Source of the DNA: Planctomycetota bacterium
Lineage (GTDB): Bacteria; Planctomycetota; B15-G4; SIAN01
Assembly: GCA_009691715.1 (NCBI GenBank)
Contig: SIAN01000024.1
Coordinates: 27 to 64,026 of the forward strand
DNA length: 64,000 bases
Reading direction: 5' to 3'
Shown piece by piece: positions 1 through 8,562 of this stretch. Position numbers and translations under genes: made by a program. The notes beneath the pieces were generated by a model, which saw only the letters and a list, made by a program, of their open reading frames with translations, was not told the origin of the DNA and made no database searches. The stretch's first letter is position 1; every line of letters begins with the position of its first letter.

Positions 1-175
1 TGAAGTCGAGGCCGTCGATGCCGATCAGCAACACCTTGCGATCGCGCGGCTTCACATCCGCGAGTTGCGATTCGCCGCAGGCTGCGAGTCCCGCGATGAG
101 GGCAAGAGCGACGAGCGACGAGCCAGGACGGGTGAGACGCGTCGACGCGCGCCGCTGCGCTTCAGATCGGATCAT
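1..175 (-). CDS. Alkaline phosphatase-superfamily (type I phosphodiesterase/nucleotide pyrophosphatase-like) lipoprotein, 5' part only (runs off window)
   Basis: Manual translation from ATG at 175: MIRSEAQRR...ALALIAGLAACGESQLADVKPRDRKVLLIGIDGLDF. Lipobox-like LAAC and the VLLIGIDG metal-binding strand typical of this family. Confidence 0.7.
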   Translation of the reverse strand, partial: MIRSEAQRRASTRLTRPGSSLVALALIAGLAACGESQLADVKPRDRKVLLIGIDGLDF

Positions 176-198
176 GGGCGGAGGATACACTGCGCCGG

Positions 199-2220
199 AT
201 GCGGGTCGCGTCGAGTCGAGCATGTTCCATCGTCGTCGCGATCGGGCTCGCGGCTGCAGCCCGCGCGGTGGCGCGAGACGCGGCCGACTGGATCGTGCTC
301 GCAGGCTCTGGTGCCTTGGTCGCCGCGCTGGCGCTGTTCGCGCCGAGGCTTCCCGCGACCGTCCTGCGCGCGACTCCGTTCGTGGTCGCTGCGGCGGTGC
401 TCGCGTCCTGCCTTGCGAATGGGCTGCCTGCGGCCGGCGGGTCCTCGCCGTTGCCGTGGTTCGCCCTCGCCGGCGGCGCGGCACTGCTGCTCCTGATCCT
501 CGACCGGATCAAGGGCAGTCGCGCGGCCGGCACGATTGGCACCGTGCTCGCAACGCTGCTCGCGCTGCTGAGCGTCGTGTACCTGGCCTGGACCGGCAAG
601 CGCCATGAGCTGCCAGGCATCGGCGCAGTCTGGTCGCTCGACGACGACATGATGATCACGCTTCGTTACGCGCAGAACCTGGCGCGCGGTGATGGCCTGG
701 TCTGGAATCCAGGCGAGCGGGTCGAGGGCATCACCAACCTGCTGTGGGCGCTGCTGCTGGCGCCGGTGCATGCGCTGCTCGGGAGCACGCGCGCTGCTGC
801 AGGCGCGATCGCGCTGAACGGAGCGCTGCTGGTCGCACTAGTTTTGGCGACGGCGCGGCTGGTGCGGCAGCTCGGCGGTTCGCGGCTCGGCGCCGGGCTG
901 GCAGCGATCGCGCTGGCGACGCATCAGGCGACGCTGCACTGGGCGGCAGCGGGCGGCGAGTCGGTCCTGCTGACGCTGCTGTTGGTCGTGGTCGCGCAGG
1001 TCGCGCTCGCGTCTTCGATCGCGCCGCGCACGGCACTCTGCGCCGGCGTGCTCTCCGGCCTCGCCTGGTGCACGCGCCCGGACGCGATCGCCCTGCTGGC
1101 GCCGCTGCTCGGCTTGATCGCGTGGCGGCTGCGCGATCCGACGGCACCGTGGCGGGCGCCACTCCAATTCGCGGCCGCGGCGGCGGCGCTGCCGATCGCC
1201 GCGACCCTCTTTCGCTTGGCCTACTTCGGCAGCGCGCTGCCGAACACCTACTGGCTCAAGATGACGGGATGGGACGGCCGCGACGCCGCTGGAGTGGCGT
1301 ACGTGGGCAATGGCCTCGCCCATCACTTCGGCTTTGCCGCAGCGGCGCTGATCGGGACGCTGCTCCTTCGTTCGCGCGGTGCACTTGCCCTGATGTTCGC
1401 GGTGCTGCTGCACGCCGGCTACGTGATCCACGCGGGTGGCGACGAACTCCCCTTCGAGCGGTTCCTGCTGCCGGCGCTGCCGTTCGTCCTCGCGCTCGGA
1501 TTCGCTGGCGCGACCGCACACGCAACCGCAAACGCTCGGACGGCGTCTGCCGACTCCGCGCCGGTCGCAGCCGTCGCCGCGACGCTGCTCCTCGCGCTCG
1601 GCACCAGCGGCGGAGGCTTCATGCCAGGCACCCGCGATCCGGCGCAGGAGCGCCGCTCGAAAGCGGAGCGCGCGAGCACGATGATCGGCCTGCTGCTGCG
1701 CGAGAACACGCTGCCCAACGCGCGGATCGCCCATTTCTGGGCTGGCTCCGCTGCCTATTTCTCCGAACGGCCGGGGCTCGACCTGCTCGGGAAGTGCGAT
1801 CCGGTCATCGCGCGTCAACTGGCGAAGCCAGGGCTCAACAAGCCGGGCCACAACAAGTACGACTTCGCCTACGCCTTCTCCCGCGAGCCCGACGTCATCG
1901 TGGGCGGCGCAGGCGGCAACGCGACGCTCCAGATTCTGAGTGACACGTACGTCTCGCCGGAGAGCCCGCAGCACGGCTATCTCGCATTCGCCCACCTCTA
2001 CTCCGCGCGCGGTTTTCCCGAACTCTTCGGCCGCTGCTCGAAGGATCAAATCGGCACGCCCACTCGCATGCCGCAGCTCGTCGGCGGTGCCGGCACTCAG
2101 CTCGCGTTCGAGTGGGCTGAAGTCTCGCGCGCCTTCCATGCCGTTTTCGTGCGCCACGGTTCGACCCGCGCAAAACCGCCCGCCGATTGGGTTCCTCCCC
2201 GCCCGAAGGATTCGCCATGA
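199..2220 (+). CDS. GT-C-fold integral membrane glycosyltransferase (AftB/PMT-like)
   Basis: Many TM helices; DDMMITLRYAQNLARGDGLVWNPGERVEGITNLLW loop, TRPDA and FRLAYFGSALPNTYWLK motifs. Confidence 0.75.
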   Translation: MRVASSRACSIVVAIGLAAAARAVARDAADWIVLAGSGALVAALALFAPRLPATVLRATPFVVAAAVLASCLANGLPAAGGSSPLPWFALAGGAALLLLILDRIKGSRAAGTIGTVLATLLALLSVVYLAWTGKRHELPGIGAVWSLDDDMMITLRYAQNLARGDGLVWNPGERVEGITNLLWALLLAPVHALLGSTRAAAGAIALNGALLVALVLATARLVRQLGGSRLGAGLAAIALATHQATLHWAAAGGESVLLTLLLVVVAQVALASSIAPRTALCAGVLSGLAWCTRPDAIALLAPLLGLIAWRLRDPTAPWRAPLQFAAAAAALPIAATLFRLAYFGSALPNTYWLKMTGWDGRDAAGVAYVGNGLAHHFGFAAAALIGTLLLRSRGALALMFAVLLHAGYVIHAGGDELPFERFLLPALPFVLALGFAGATAHATANARTASADSAPVAAVAATLLLALGTSGGGFMPGTRDPAQERRSKAERASTMIGLLLRENTLPNARIAHFWAGSAAYFSERPGLDLLGKCDPVIARQLAKPGLNKPGHNKYDFAYAFSREPDVIVGGAGGNATLQILSDTYVSPESPQHGYLAFAHLYSARGFPELFGRCSKDQIGTPTRMPQLVGGAGTQLAFEWAEVSRAFHAVFVRHGSTRAKPPADWVPPRPKDSP

Positions 2221-3245
2221 GCCTGCTCGCGTTCCTGCAAGAGACGACCGCTGCGACTGCGCAGGCCGCGACGCAATGGTGGGAGCACGACCTCGAGCCT
2301 GACCTCGTGCGCATCCCGTTCTGGAAGATTGGCGCGATCCAGGACGGGATCCCGATCCGCTACTACTCACTCGCCTACCTGCTCGGGCTGGTGTTCGCGT
2401 GGTGGTTCCTGCGCAAGAAGGCGCGCGAGCGGACGATCGCGCTCGACGAGAACGGCGTCGCCGACCTCATCATCCCGTACGCGCTGCTCGGCGTGATGCT
2501 CGGTGGTCGGCTCGGGTACGTGCTCTTCTACGCCGTCGACGCGGAGACGGGTCGCTACGAGTGGCTCTCCGCACCGTGGAAGATCTTCCAGATCTGGGAA
2601 GGCGGGATGGCGAGCCACGGCGGAATCCTGGGCGTGCTGGCCGCGATGTGGTGGTTCGCGAAGCGTCGCAAGGTCCCGTTGCTGCACCTGCTCGACCTCT
2701 GCTGCCTCACCGCGCCGATCGGTCTCTTCCTCGGCCGCGTGGCGAACTTCATCAACGGCGAGCTCTGGGGCCGCGTCGGCACGGTTTCGTGGGCGGTGGT
2801 CTTCCCGAAGGCGACGACGCCGGTGCCGGTCGACTTCCAGGTCGCCCATCCCGAACTGATCACGCTGTTCCAGCGCGGCCTCGCTCCGCGCCATCCCTCG
2901 CAGCTCTATGAGGCGCTCGGCGAGGGGCTGCTGCTCTTCCTGCTGCTGTTCGCGCTGCACAAGAAACTGCTGCCGCGGCCGGGCGCGCTGTCGGGGCTCT
3001 TCCTGTTGGTCTATTCAGTCGCGCGCATCATCTGCGAGCAGTTCCGCGAACCGGATCGACAGCTCGGATACGGATGGCTGGGCATGACGCGCGGGCAGAT
3101 CCTGAGCCTCGGCATGGTGATCGGAGGTCTGGTGCTGACGATCGTCGCCCTGCGGCGACCGCCCGTCGTGCTGGTGCCGCCGGAACCGCGCGAGCCGCCG
3201 ACCGGCGGCGACGCACCACCCGGTGGAAAGCGGGTGGCGACGTAG
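2217..3245 (+). CDS. lgt: Prolipoprotein diacylglyceryl transferase
   Basis: GGRLGYVLFY, WEGGMASHGG, GRVANFINGELWGR, RHPSQLYE and EQFREPD motifs; ATGA overlap with the upstream stop. Confidence 0.95.
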   Translation: MSLLAFLQETTAATAQAATQWWEHDLEPDLVRIPFWKIGAIQDGIPIRYYSLAYLLGLVFAWWFLRKKARERTIALDENGVADLIIPYALLGVMLGGRLGYVLFYAVDAETGRYEWLSAPWKIFQIWEGGMASHGGILGVLAAMWWFAKRRKVPLLHLLDLCCLTAPIGLFLGRVANFINGELWGRVGTVSWAVVFPKATTPVPVDFQVAHPELITLFQRGLAPRHPSQLYEALGEGLLLFLLLFALHKKLLPRPGALSGLFLLVYSVARIICEQFREPDRQLGYGWLGMTRGQILSLGMVIGGLVLTIVALRRPPVVLVPPEPREPPTGGDAPPGGKRVAT

Positions 3246-3339
3246 AGTTCAGCAGCGACGATCGCGGCAAGCGGTGATTGCGGTAAACGGCCATCGCGAC
3301 GGGAATCACCCGCGCGGGTCAATGAACAGGAGTGCTCCG

Positions 3340-4281
3340 ATGATTCGTGATTGGTTTGCGTCGTCCCTGGTTGCCGTCGCACTGCTTGGTTCGTCCGCTG
3401 GCGCGATCGGCACCGCGGGACACGGTGATGACGTCGTCGTCGTCCGTGAAAAGCTTGCGCAGGCCGGCGTGCAGGTGCTCCCGGTCGCGCAGGACTCGAA
3501 CGAGCTGACGGTCAACTTCGCGATCCAGGCCGCGAAATCGGGCGACGCCGAAGTGGCGCTGCTCACGGCGCTCGAGGGCGTGCCGACCACCCCACCGACG
3601 GCGCAGGCGATGAAGATCGTCGAACTCGACCTCGGCGGCACGCAGATCACCGACGCGGCGCTCACCACGGTCGGCAAGCTCGCGGCGCTGCGTCGCCTCG
3701 TGCTGCGCCAGACCGGCGTGACCGATGCCGGCATGAAGGCGCTCACCGGACTCGCCGCCCTCGAATCGCTGAACCTCTATGGCACCAAGGTGGGCGACGC
3801 CGGCCTCGCCTCACTCGCTGGCCTGAAGCAGTTGAAGCGCCTCTATCTCTGGCAGACCGCCGTGACCGACGAAGGTGTCGCGGCGCTGCAGAAGGCGCTC
3901 CCCCAGGTCAACGTCCAGCTCGGCGCCAAGCCGCCGCCGCCGCAGAGCTGCTGCGACCAGGCGAAAGCCGCTGGCAAGCCGTGCGACCACCCGTGCTGCG
4001 TCGCCGCGACGGCTGCCGGCCACCTCTGCTTCAAGTGCCACCCCGACCGCGCGCAGACCTGCTGCGAAAAGGCAGAGGCCGCGAGCAAGTCGTGCGAGCA
4101 CCCTTGCTGCGTGGCGGCCGCCGCTGCCGGCACGACCTGCTTCAAGTGCAACCCGGCGCGCGCGGGGACCTGCTGCGAGAAGGCGCAGGCCGCCGGCAAG
4201 GAGTGCGAGCATCCATGCTGCGTCGAGGCCAAGAAAGCCGGCAAGGTCTGCGAGAAGTGCAACCCGCCAAAGAAAAGCTGA
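3340..4281 (+). CDS. Secreted leucine-rich-repeat protein with C-terminal triple Cys/His-rich repeat
   Basis: AGGAG RBS before ATG 3340; signal peptide; LRRs (LDLGGTQITDAAL, LVLRQTGVTDAGM, LNLYGTKVGDAGL, LYLWQTAVTDEGV); three CCxxAxAAxKxCxHPCCxxAxxAGxxCxKCxP units. Confidence 0.85.
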   Translation: MIRDWFASSLVAVALLGSSAGAIGTAGHGDDVVVVREKLAQAGVQVLPVAQDSNELTVNFAIQAAKSGDAEVALLTALEGVPTTPPTAQAMKIVELDLGGTQITDAALTTVGKLAALRRLVLRQTGVTDAGMKALTGLAALESLNLYGTKVGDAGLASLAGLKQLKRLYLWQTAVTDEGVAALQKALPQVNVQLGAKPPPPQSCCDQAKAAGKPCDHPCCVAATAAGHLCFKCHPDRAQTCCEKAEAASKSCEHPCCVAAAAAGTTCFKCNPARAGTCCEKAQAAGKECEHPCCVEAKKAGKVCEKCNPPKKS

Positions 4282-4311
4282 ACGCGCGACGGGTCGCCGC
4301 CGCGGTTCCTC

Positions 4312-5200
4312 TTAACCCCCCACTGTGTCGAGTCGCTCTTTGACCGCAGCGAGCGCGTGCAGCTTTTGGTGCAGCAGCGCGCCGATGAAGGCGGTGCCCG
4401 CGACGTCGTAATGGCCCGCGGCAGCCGCCGGGCGGTGCAGGAAGAGCCGCGCGTGGTCGGCATCGGACAGGGCACGGAACTCGGCGAGCAGGTCGATCCA
4501 GTCGGCGCCCACTGCCGCGGCCTTCGCGGCGAACTCGCTGCGCAGCGCGTCGATGGAGCCGCCCCCTCGCTCCGACTCGATCGGCAAGTGGACGAACACG
4601 ACGTGCGCACCGCGCTGCTGTGCGAGGGCGTCGAACTCAGTGATGAGCCGCAGCGTGAGCTGACTCATGCTCGCTTCGCGGTCGTCGGCGGCGCGGCTTG
4701 CGGCGTCGTCTTCAGCGAGGCGGCAGATGACCTTGCCGAGATAGAGCTCGCGCGCGAAGAACCCGGCCTGGCGCACCGATCGCAGCACATGCGGGGACTT
4801 GATCACGGGAACGTTGCGGACCTCGAGTTCGTCGCCGGTGATGCCGAGCCAGGGCCGATCGGCGCCCCACGGCATCGGGGTCACCATCCGGACCAGGTCC
4901 TCGGTGATGAACGCCACGATGACGAGGCGATGCTCGACACGCGCGCCATCGCGCCGGTAGCGCAACCAGGCCTGGTCCAAGCCGTAGCCGCCGACCCCGA
5001 AGTTCACGGTCTCGAGGCGCGGATCGAGCCGTTCCAGCTCGATCTCCCACGTCTCGTCGTCGGCGACGCCAGTGCCGAACGCGAAGGAGTCGCCGCAGAC
5101 CACCGCGCGCACCTTGCCCGCGGGTGCGTGGGGCTCGACCGGCCGCCCGCCGCGGAAGCCATGCGGCCCGATGGTGATCGCCCGATCCGGCCCGAGCGTG
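4312..5200 (-). pseudogene. SGNH/GDSL hydrolase family protein lacking its 5' end
   Basis: GDSFAFG, NFGVGGYGLDQ and GHY motifs. The frame continues upstream of GTG 5112 (ITIGPHGFRGGRPVEPHAPAGKVR) with no start codon or N-terminal anchor before a TGA at 5272. Confidence 0.65.
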
Positions 5201-5253
5201 ACGGTGTCGCGCTGGTCGCGGTGGCGGCGATCGGGCGGGCGGATCGCTGGTTC

Positions 5254-5751
5254 ATGCGTCTCGGGCGCGAGTCACTCGAAACGCTGCTCGAAGCCGCTCC
5301 GTCGAAGCCTGTTTTGCTCCCGACAGCCGCAGTTGAAGTTCACGCGGATCCGGATCCGGAGCCGACGAGCCCGGACCCCGCGGCCTATGTCGGGCAGAGT
5401 CGTGACCAGGTTCGTGCAGCGCTCGGCGATTCGATCGCGGTCGATCGTGCGAGCGAATACTGGACGCTCGCGGACGGCACGACGCTGCGTTTCGTGTTCC
5501 GGGATGAGGTCGTCGTCGAGGTGCGCGCGGCCGAGGAAGCACTCCGCGATCAGCGAACGGGATCCAACTGCCCTCCGCGCGGGATGTCGTGGGAAGAAGT
5601 GCTCCGCGGGTGGGGATCGCCGAGCGAGTACTTGTCCGCGGCGTGGTCCTACAACGGCGACGACCAACTCGCCGGCATCCTCGTGCGATTCGAGCAGGGC
5701 CTCGTGTCCGAGGTCGTGATCGTGCTTCCGGCCGAGCGGGCAGCGCGATGA
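5254..5751 (+). CDS. Hypothetical protein with two SmpA/BamE-like repeats (5' end uncertain, possibly truncated)
   Basis: VGQSRDQVRAALGD...W..LRFVFRDEVVVEV and RGMSWEEVLRGWGSP...WSY...VRFEQGLVSEV resemble tandem BamE-like units. Confidence 0.45.
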   Translation: MRLGRESLETLLEAAPSKPVLLPTAAVEVHADPDPEPTSPDPAAYVGQSRDQVRAALGDSIAVDRASEYWTLADGTTLRFVFRDEVVVEVRAAEEALRDQRTGSNCPPRGMSWEEVLRGWGSPSEYLSAAWSYNGDDQLAGILVRFEQGLVSEVVIVLPAERAAR

Positions 5752-6368
5752 TCGTCGCCGACCGGGATTGAGCCGCAGCCCTCGCGCGACTGAAGACGCT
5801 TCTCAAGCTCGCGTGCTCCGGCGAGTTGGCGGCCGGTTTCGCCTACCGCGGGCACTGGAAGTCGGTCGCGGCCGCCGACGAGGTCGCGCGAATCCGGCAG
5901 ATCGAGGAGGAGGAGTGGCACCGTCGGACGCTCGTCGCGCAGATGCTCGCGGCGCTCGGCGAACGGCCGTCACGGCTGGCGGAAGCGCGCGCGTGGGTGA
6001 CCGGGCGTGTCCTCGGACTGCTCTGCCACGTCTCCGGCTGGCTGCTGCCGATGTACGGCGCCGGGCGGTTGGAGAGCCGCAACGTCCGCGAGTACGAGTC
6101 GGCTGCGCGCGACGCGTTGATCGCGGGTCACGAGCCGTGGGTCGACTGCCTGCTCACCATGGCCGAGGTCGAATGGGCGCACGAGTCGTACTTCCGCGAA
6201 CGCGTACGCTCCCATCGGCTGGGTGCGCGGCTTCCACTGTGGCCGCAGCCGCCGCCGAAACCGGAGATCCGCGCCTCCTTCGAACGTGAGATGCGTCGCG
6301 CGCAGGCTCCGACGCCCGCCCGCTTGCCGCCGTCGCAGTTGGCTCCCGAGCGGTCAGCACCGACCTAA
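5748..6368 (+). pseudogene. Ferritin-like (di-iron, COQ7/rubrerythrin-like) protein with in-frame TGA at codon 8 (or a shorter CDS from an alternative start)
   Basis: ATG 5748 overlaps the upstream stop, reading MIVADRD*AAALARLKTLLKLACSGELAAGFAYRGH. ExxH-type motifs IEEEEWH and AEVEWAHE are present. Confidence 0.65.
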
Positions 6369-6394
6369 TGCGGTCGAGATGCGCGGAAAGCCGT

Positions 6395-8530
6395 TCACTC
6401 CCCGGCGGGCTTGCTCGGCGTGACGCCGATCTCACGGGTCAGTCGCTGCAGCGCCTCGGATGCCGGGAACCGGATGCAGTAGCGCGAGCAAGCGGTGATC
6501 GCCTCGTCGCGCTGGCCGACCTTCAACAGCGCGCTCACGTAGGCGGCAGCGATCTCCGCGAGGTCGAGGAACTCCGCCGCACGCCGGAACCCCTCGAGGC
6601 CGCGCGGCGGCTCGCTGGTCCGGAACTCCTGCGCGTCGAGATAGCCCAGCCAACCCGCGATCTGGCGGGCCTGCAGTCGCGGCGACAGTTCGCGCGAATC
6701 GCCGTGTTCGAGCGCGCCCCGCGCCAACTGCTCGGCAAGCAGAAGATCCTCGCGCGCCTGGTTGAAGAACGGTGCCGCCGCCGCCTGATGCTCCTCCGCG
6801 CTCTTCGCAGAGCTCTGTTCCTGGTTCGCCAAACGCAGCAGCGTCTCGATCCCGATCAGTGCGCCCCACGGGCGTCGGCAGCGCAGCGCCACGACCTTCT
6901 CGAGTCGCGTGCGTGCCTGCGCGCGATCGCCGCGAACTGCCGCCGCATCGGCGAGGTCGGCCTCGATCGCGCCAATCACCGACCGCGCGAACGGATCGAG
7001 TTCGTCGCGATCAAGCCCACGGATCACCGGCGCCGAATACGGCGCGCGCGGTTCGGCCGGAGTGCCCGACGACTTGAGCCGCCACAGCAGGCCGCGGCGT
7101 TCCATCTTGAACCGCTCCTGCGCGCCCGCCGATAGATCGGCGGTGAACAGCGGGCGCCGCGTCGCCGGCGCCGGCGTCCCGCTGCGCAGCGCATCGCGCT
7201 CGAGCACGAGGTCGGCCTCGCCTTTCAACTGCGCGCGCGACACGATCGACAGGTCCGGACGCTCGCCCTCGGCGAAATGGAGCTCGAACAGCGGGTAGAG
7301 CGCGACGTCGCCGGAGCCGATGTACTGCGCACCCTCCGGCAGTTCGGCCAGCAACGCCTGTCCGTAATCGTGGGCGAGCCAGGCGTCGCGTCGATCGCAC
7401 GCCCGCCAGTTCATGGCCAGCAGCAGCGCCGGCAATGCCAACGCGACGCCGGCTCGCGCTGCCGGCCGCGCCAGCGCCGCCGCGTAGCGAGGCCACGCGC
7501 AGAGCGCGTCGAGCCCGAACGCGACCAGCAGCGCCAACGCCATCCAGCCGCCGGTCATGTAGCGCGAGTAGAGAAAGAGGTCCCACCACGCGCCATGCAA
7601 CGCGAGCGGCAGCAGGTTGGCGGACCACGCCAGCAGCACCGCGCCGACCAGGACGCGCCGTCGCCCACGCCAGCACGCGATCGCCCCCGCCAGCAGCAAG
7701 ACCGACCCAAGCGGATTCCACTCGCGCACCACCTCGCCCAGGTGATGACGCACGATCGTCAGGTGATCGCTCGAGTCCTGCGCCCATTGCCGCGCGTGGT
7801 GCGCTTCACGACTGAGGTAGGACCGCAGTGCGCTCGGATCTTCGAGCTCGGCCGTCCGCGTGACGCCATCCGCGCCAGTCAAGGCGACGCGAAACTCGAG
7901 CGGCGGGTCGGCCGCGGCACGCCACGGAATCCAGCCGTAGAGCGCGAGTCCCGGCAACATCGCGAGCAGCGCCGCCGCCAGCACGCTCGGTCGCCGCAGC
8001 AGTTCGCGCCGGCGCGTCAGCAGCACCAGCAGCACCACCGGCACTTGCGCGACCACCATCGCGTGATTCGCGAGTCCGATCCCGAGCACCAACTGATGCG
8101 CCAGCAGCCACTTCGGCGCGCCGTCCGCGATCAGGCGTGCGACGCACCACCACATCACCGCACAGCAGAACGCCGCCAGCGGGTAGGTGCGCGCGACGGT
8201 CGCCTCGCCCCAGATCGGCGCGAGGCACGCGAACGCGAGCGCACCGCCCGCCGCCGGCCAACGCCCGCAGCCGAGCCGTCGCAGCGCACTCGCAAGCACT
8301 TGCGCCGCGCTCGCCGCGCAGAGCGCGCTGAACAAGTTCATCCGCCAGGCGACGCTGCCGAACGGACAGAGCAGCTCGAAGCCCTTGTTCAGCAGGATCC
8401 AGAGCGGATAGCCGGTCGGGTGCGGGATCCCGAGCACGTGCGCGGCGGCGATGAGCTCCCCGGAGTCGCCGACCCAGACCGCCGGGCAGAGCGTGAAGAA
8501 GTAGAGCGCGAAGGCGGCGGCGAAGACCAT
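6395..8530 (-). CDS. DUF2723 / TMEM260-like (GT117-type) membrane glycosyltransferase with C-terminal helical/TPR region
   Basis: LYFFTLCPAVWVGDSGELIAAAHVLGIPHPTGYPLW...AWRMNLFSA signature; multiple TM segments. Confidence 0.85.
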   Translation of the reverse strand: MVFAAAFALYFFTLCPAVWVGDSGELIAAAHVLGIPHPTGYPLWILLNKGFELLCPFGSVAWRMNLFSALCAASAAQVLASALRRLGCGRWPAAGGALAFACLAPIWGEATVARTYPLAAFCCAVMWWCVARLIADGAPKWLLAHQLVLGIGLANHAMVVAQVPVVLLVLLTRRRELLRRPSVLAAALLAMLPGLALYGWIPWRAAADPPLEFRVALTGADGVTRTAELEDPSALRSYLSREAHHARQWAQDSSDHLTIVRHHLGEVVREWNPLGSVLLLAGAIACWRGRRRVLVGAVLLAWSANLLPLALHGAWWDLFLYSRYMTGGWMALALLVAFGLDALCAWPRYAAALARPAARAGVALALPALLLAMNWRACDRRDAWLAHDYGQALLAELPEGAQYIGSGDVALYPLFELHFAEGERPDLSIVSRAQLKGEADLVLERDALRSGTPAPATRRPLFTADLSAGAQERFKMERRGLLWRLKSSGTPAEPRAPYSAPVIRGLDRDELDPFARSVIGAIEADLADAAAVRGDRAQARTRLEKVVALRCRRPWGALIGIETLLRLANQEQSSAKSAEEHQAAAAPFFNQAREDLLLAEQLARGALEHGDSRELSPRLQARQIAGWLGYLDAQEFRTSEPPRGLEGFRRAAEFLDLAEIAAAYVSALLKVGQRDEAITACSRYCIRFPASEALQRLTREIGVTPSKPAGE

Positions 8531-8562
8531 GGGCTGACCTTATCGGACGGCGCTGTCGACCG

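Noticed and set aside
3271-3313. GGTGATT...AATCACC inverted repeat as a third copy of the 31.9-32.4 kb element
   Set aside because: Only 7-bp arms, and it lacks the CGTTCTG-NNN-CTGGA core; could be chance or an operator.
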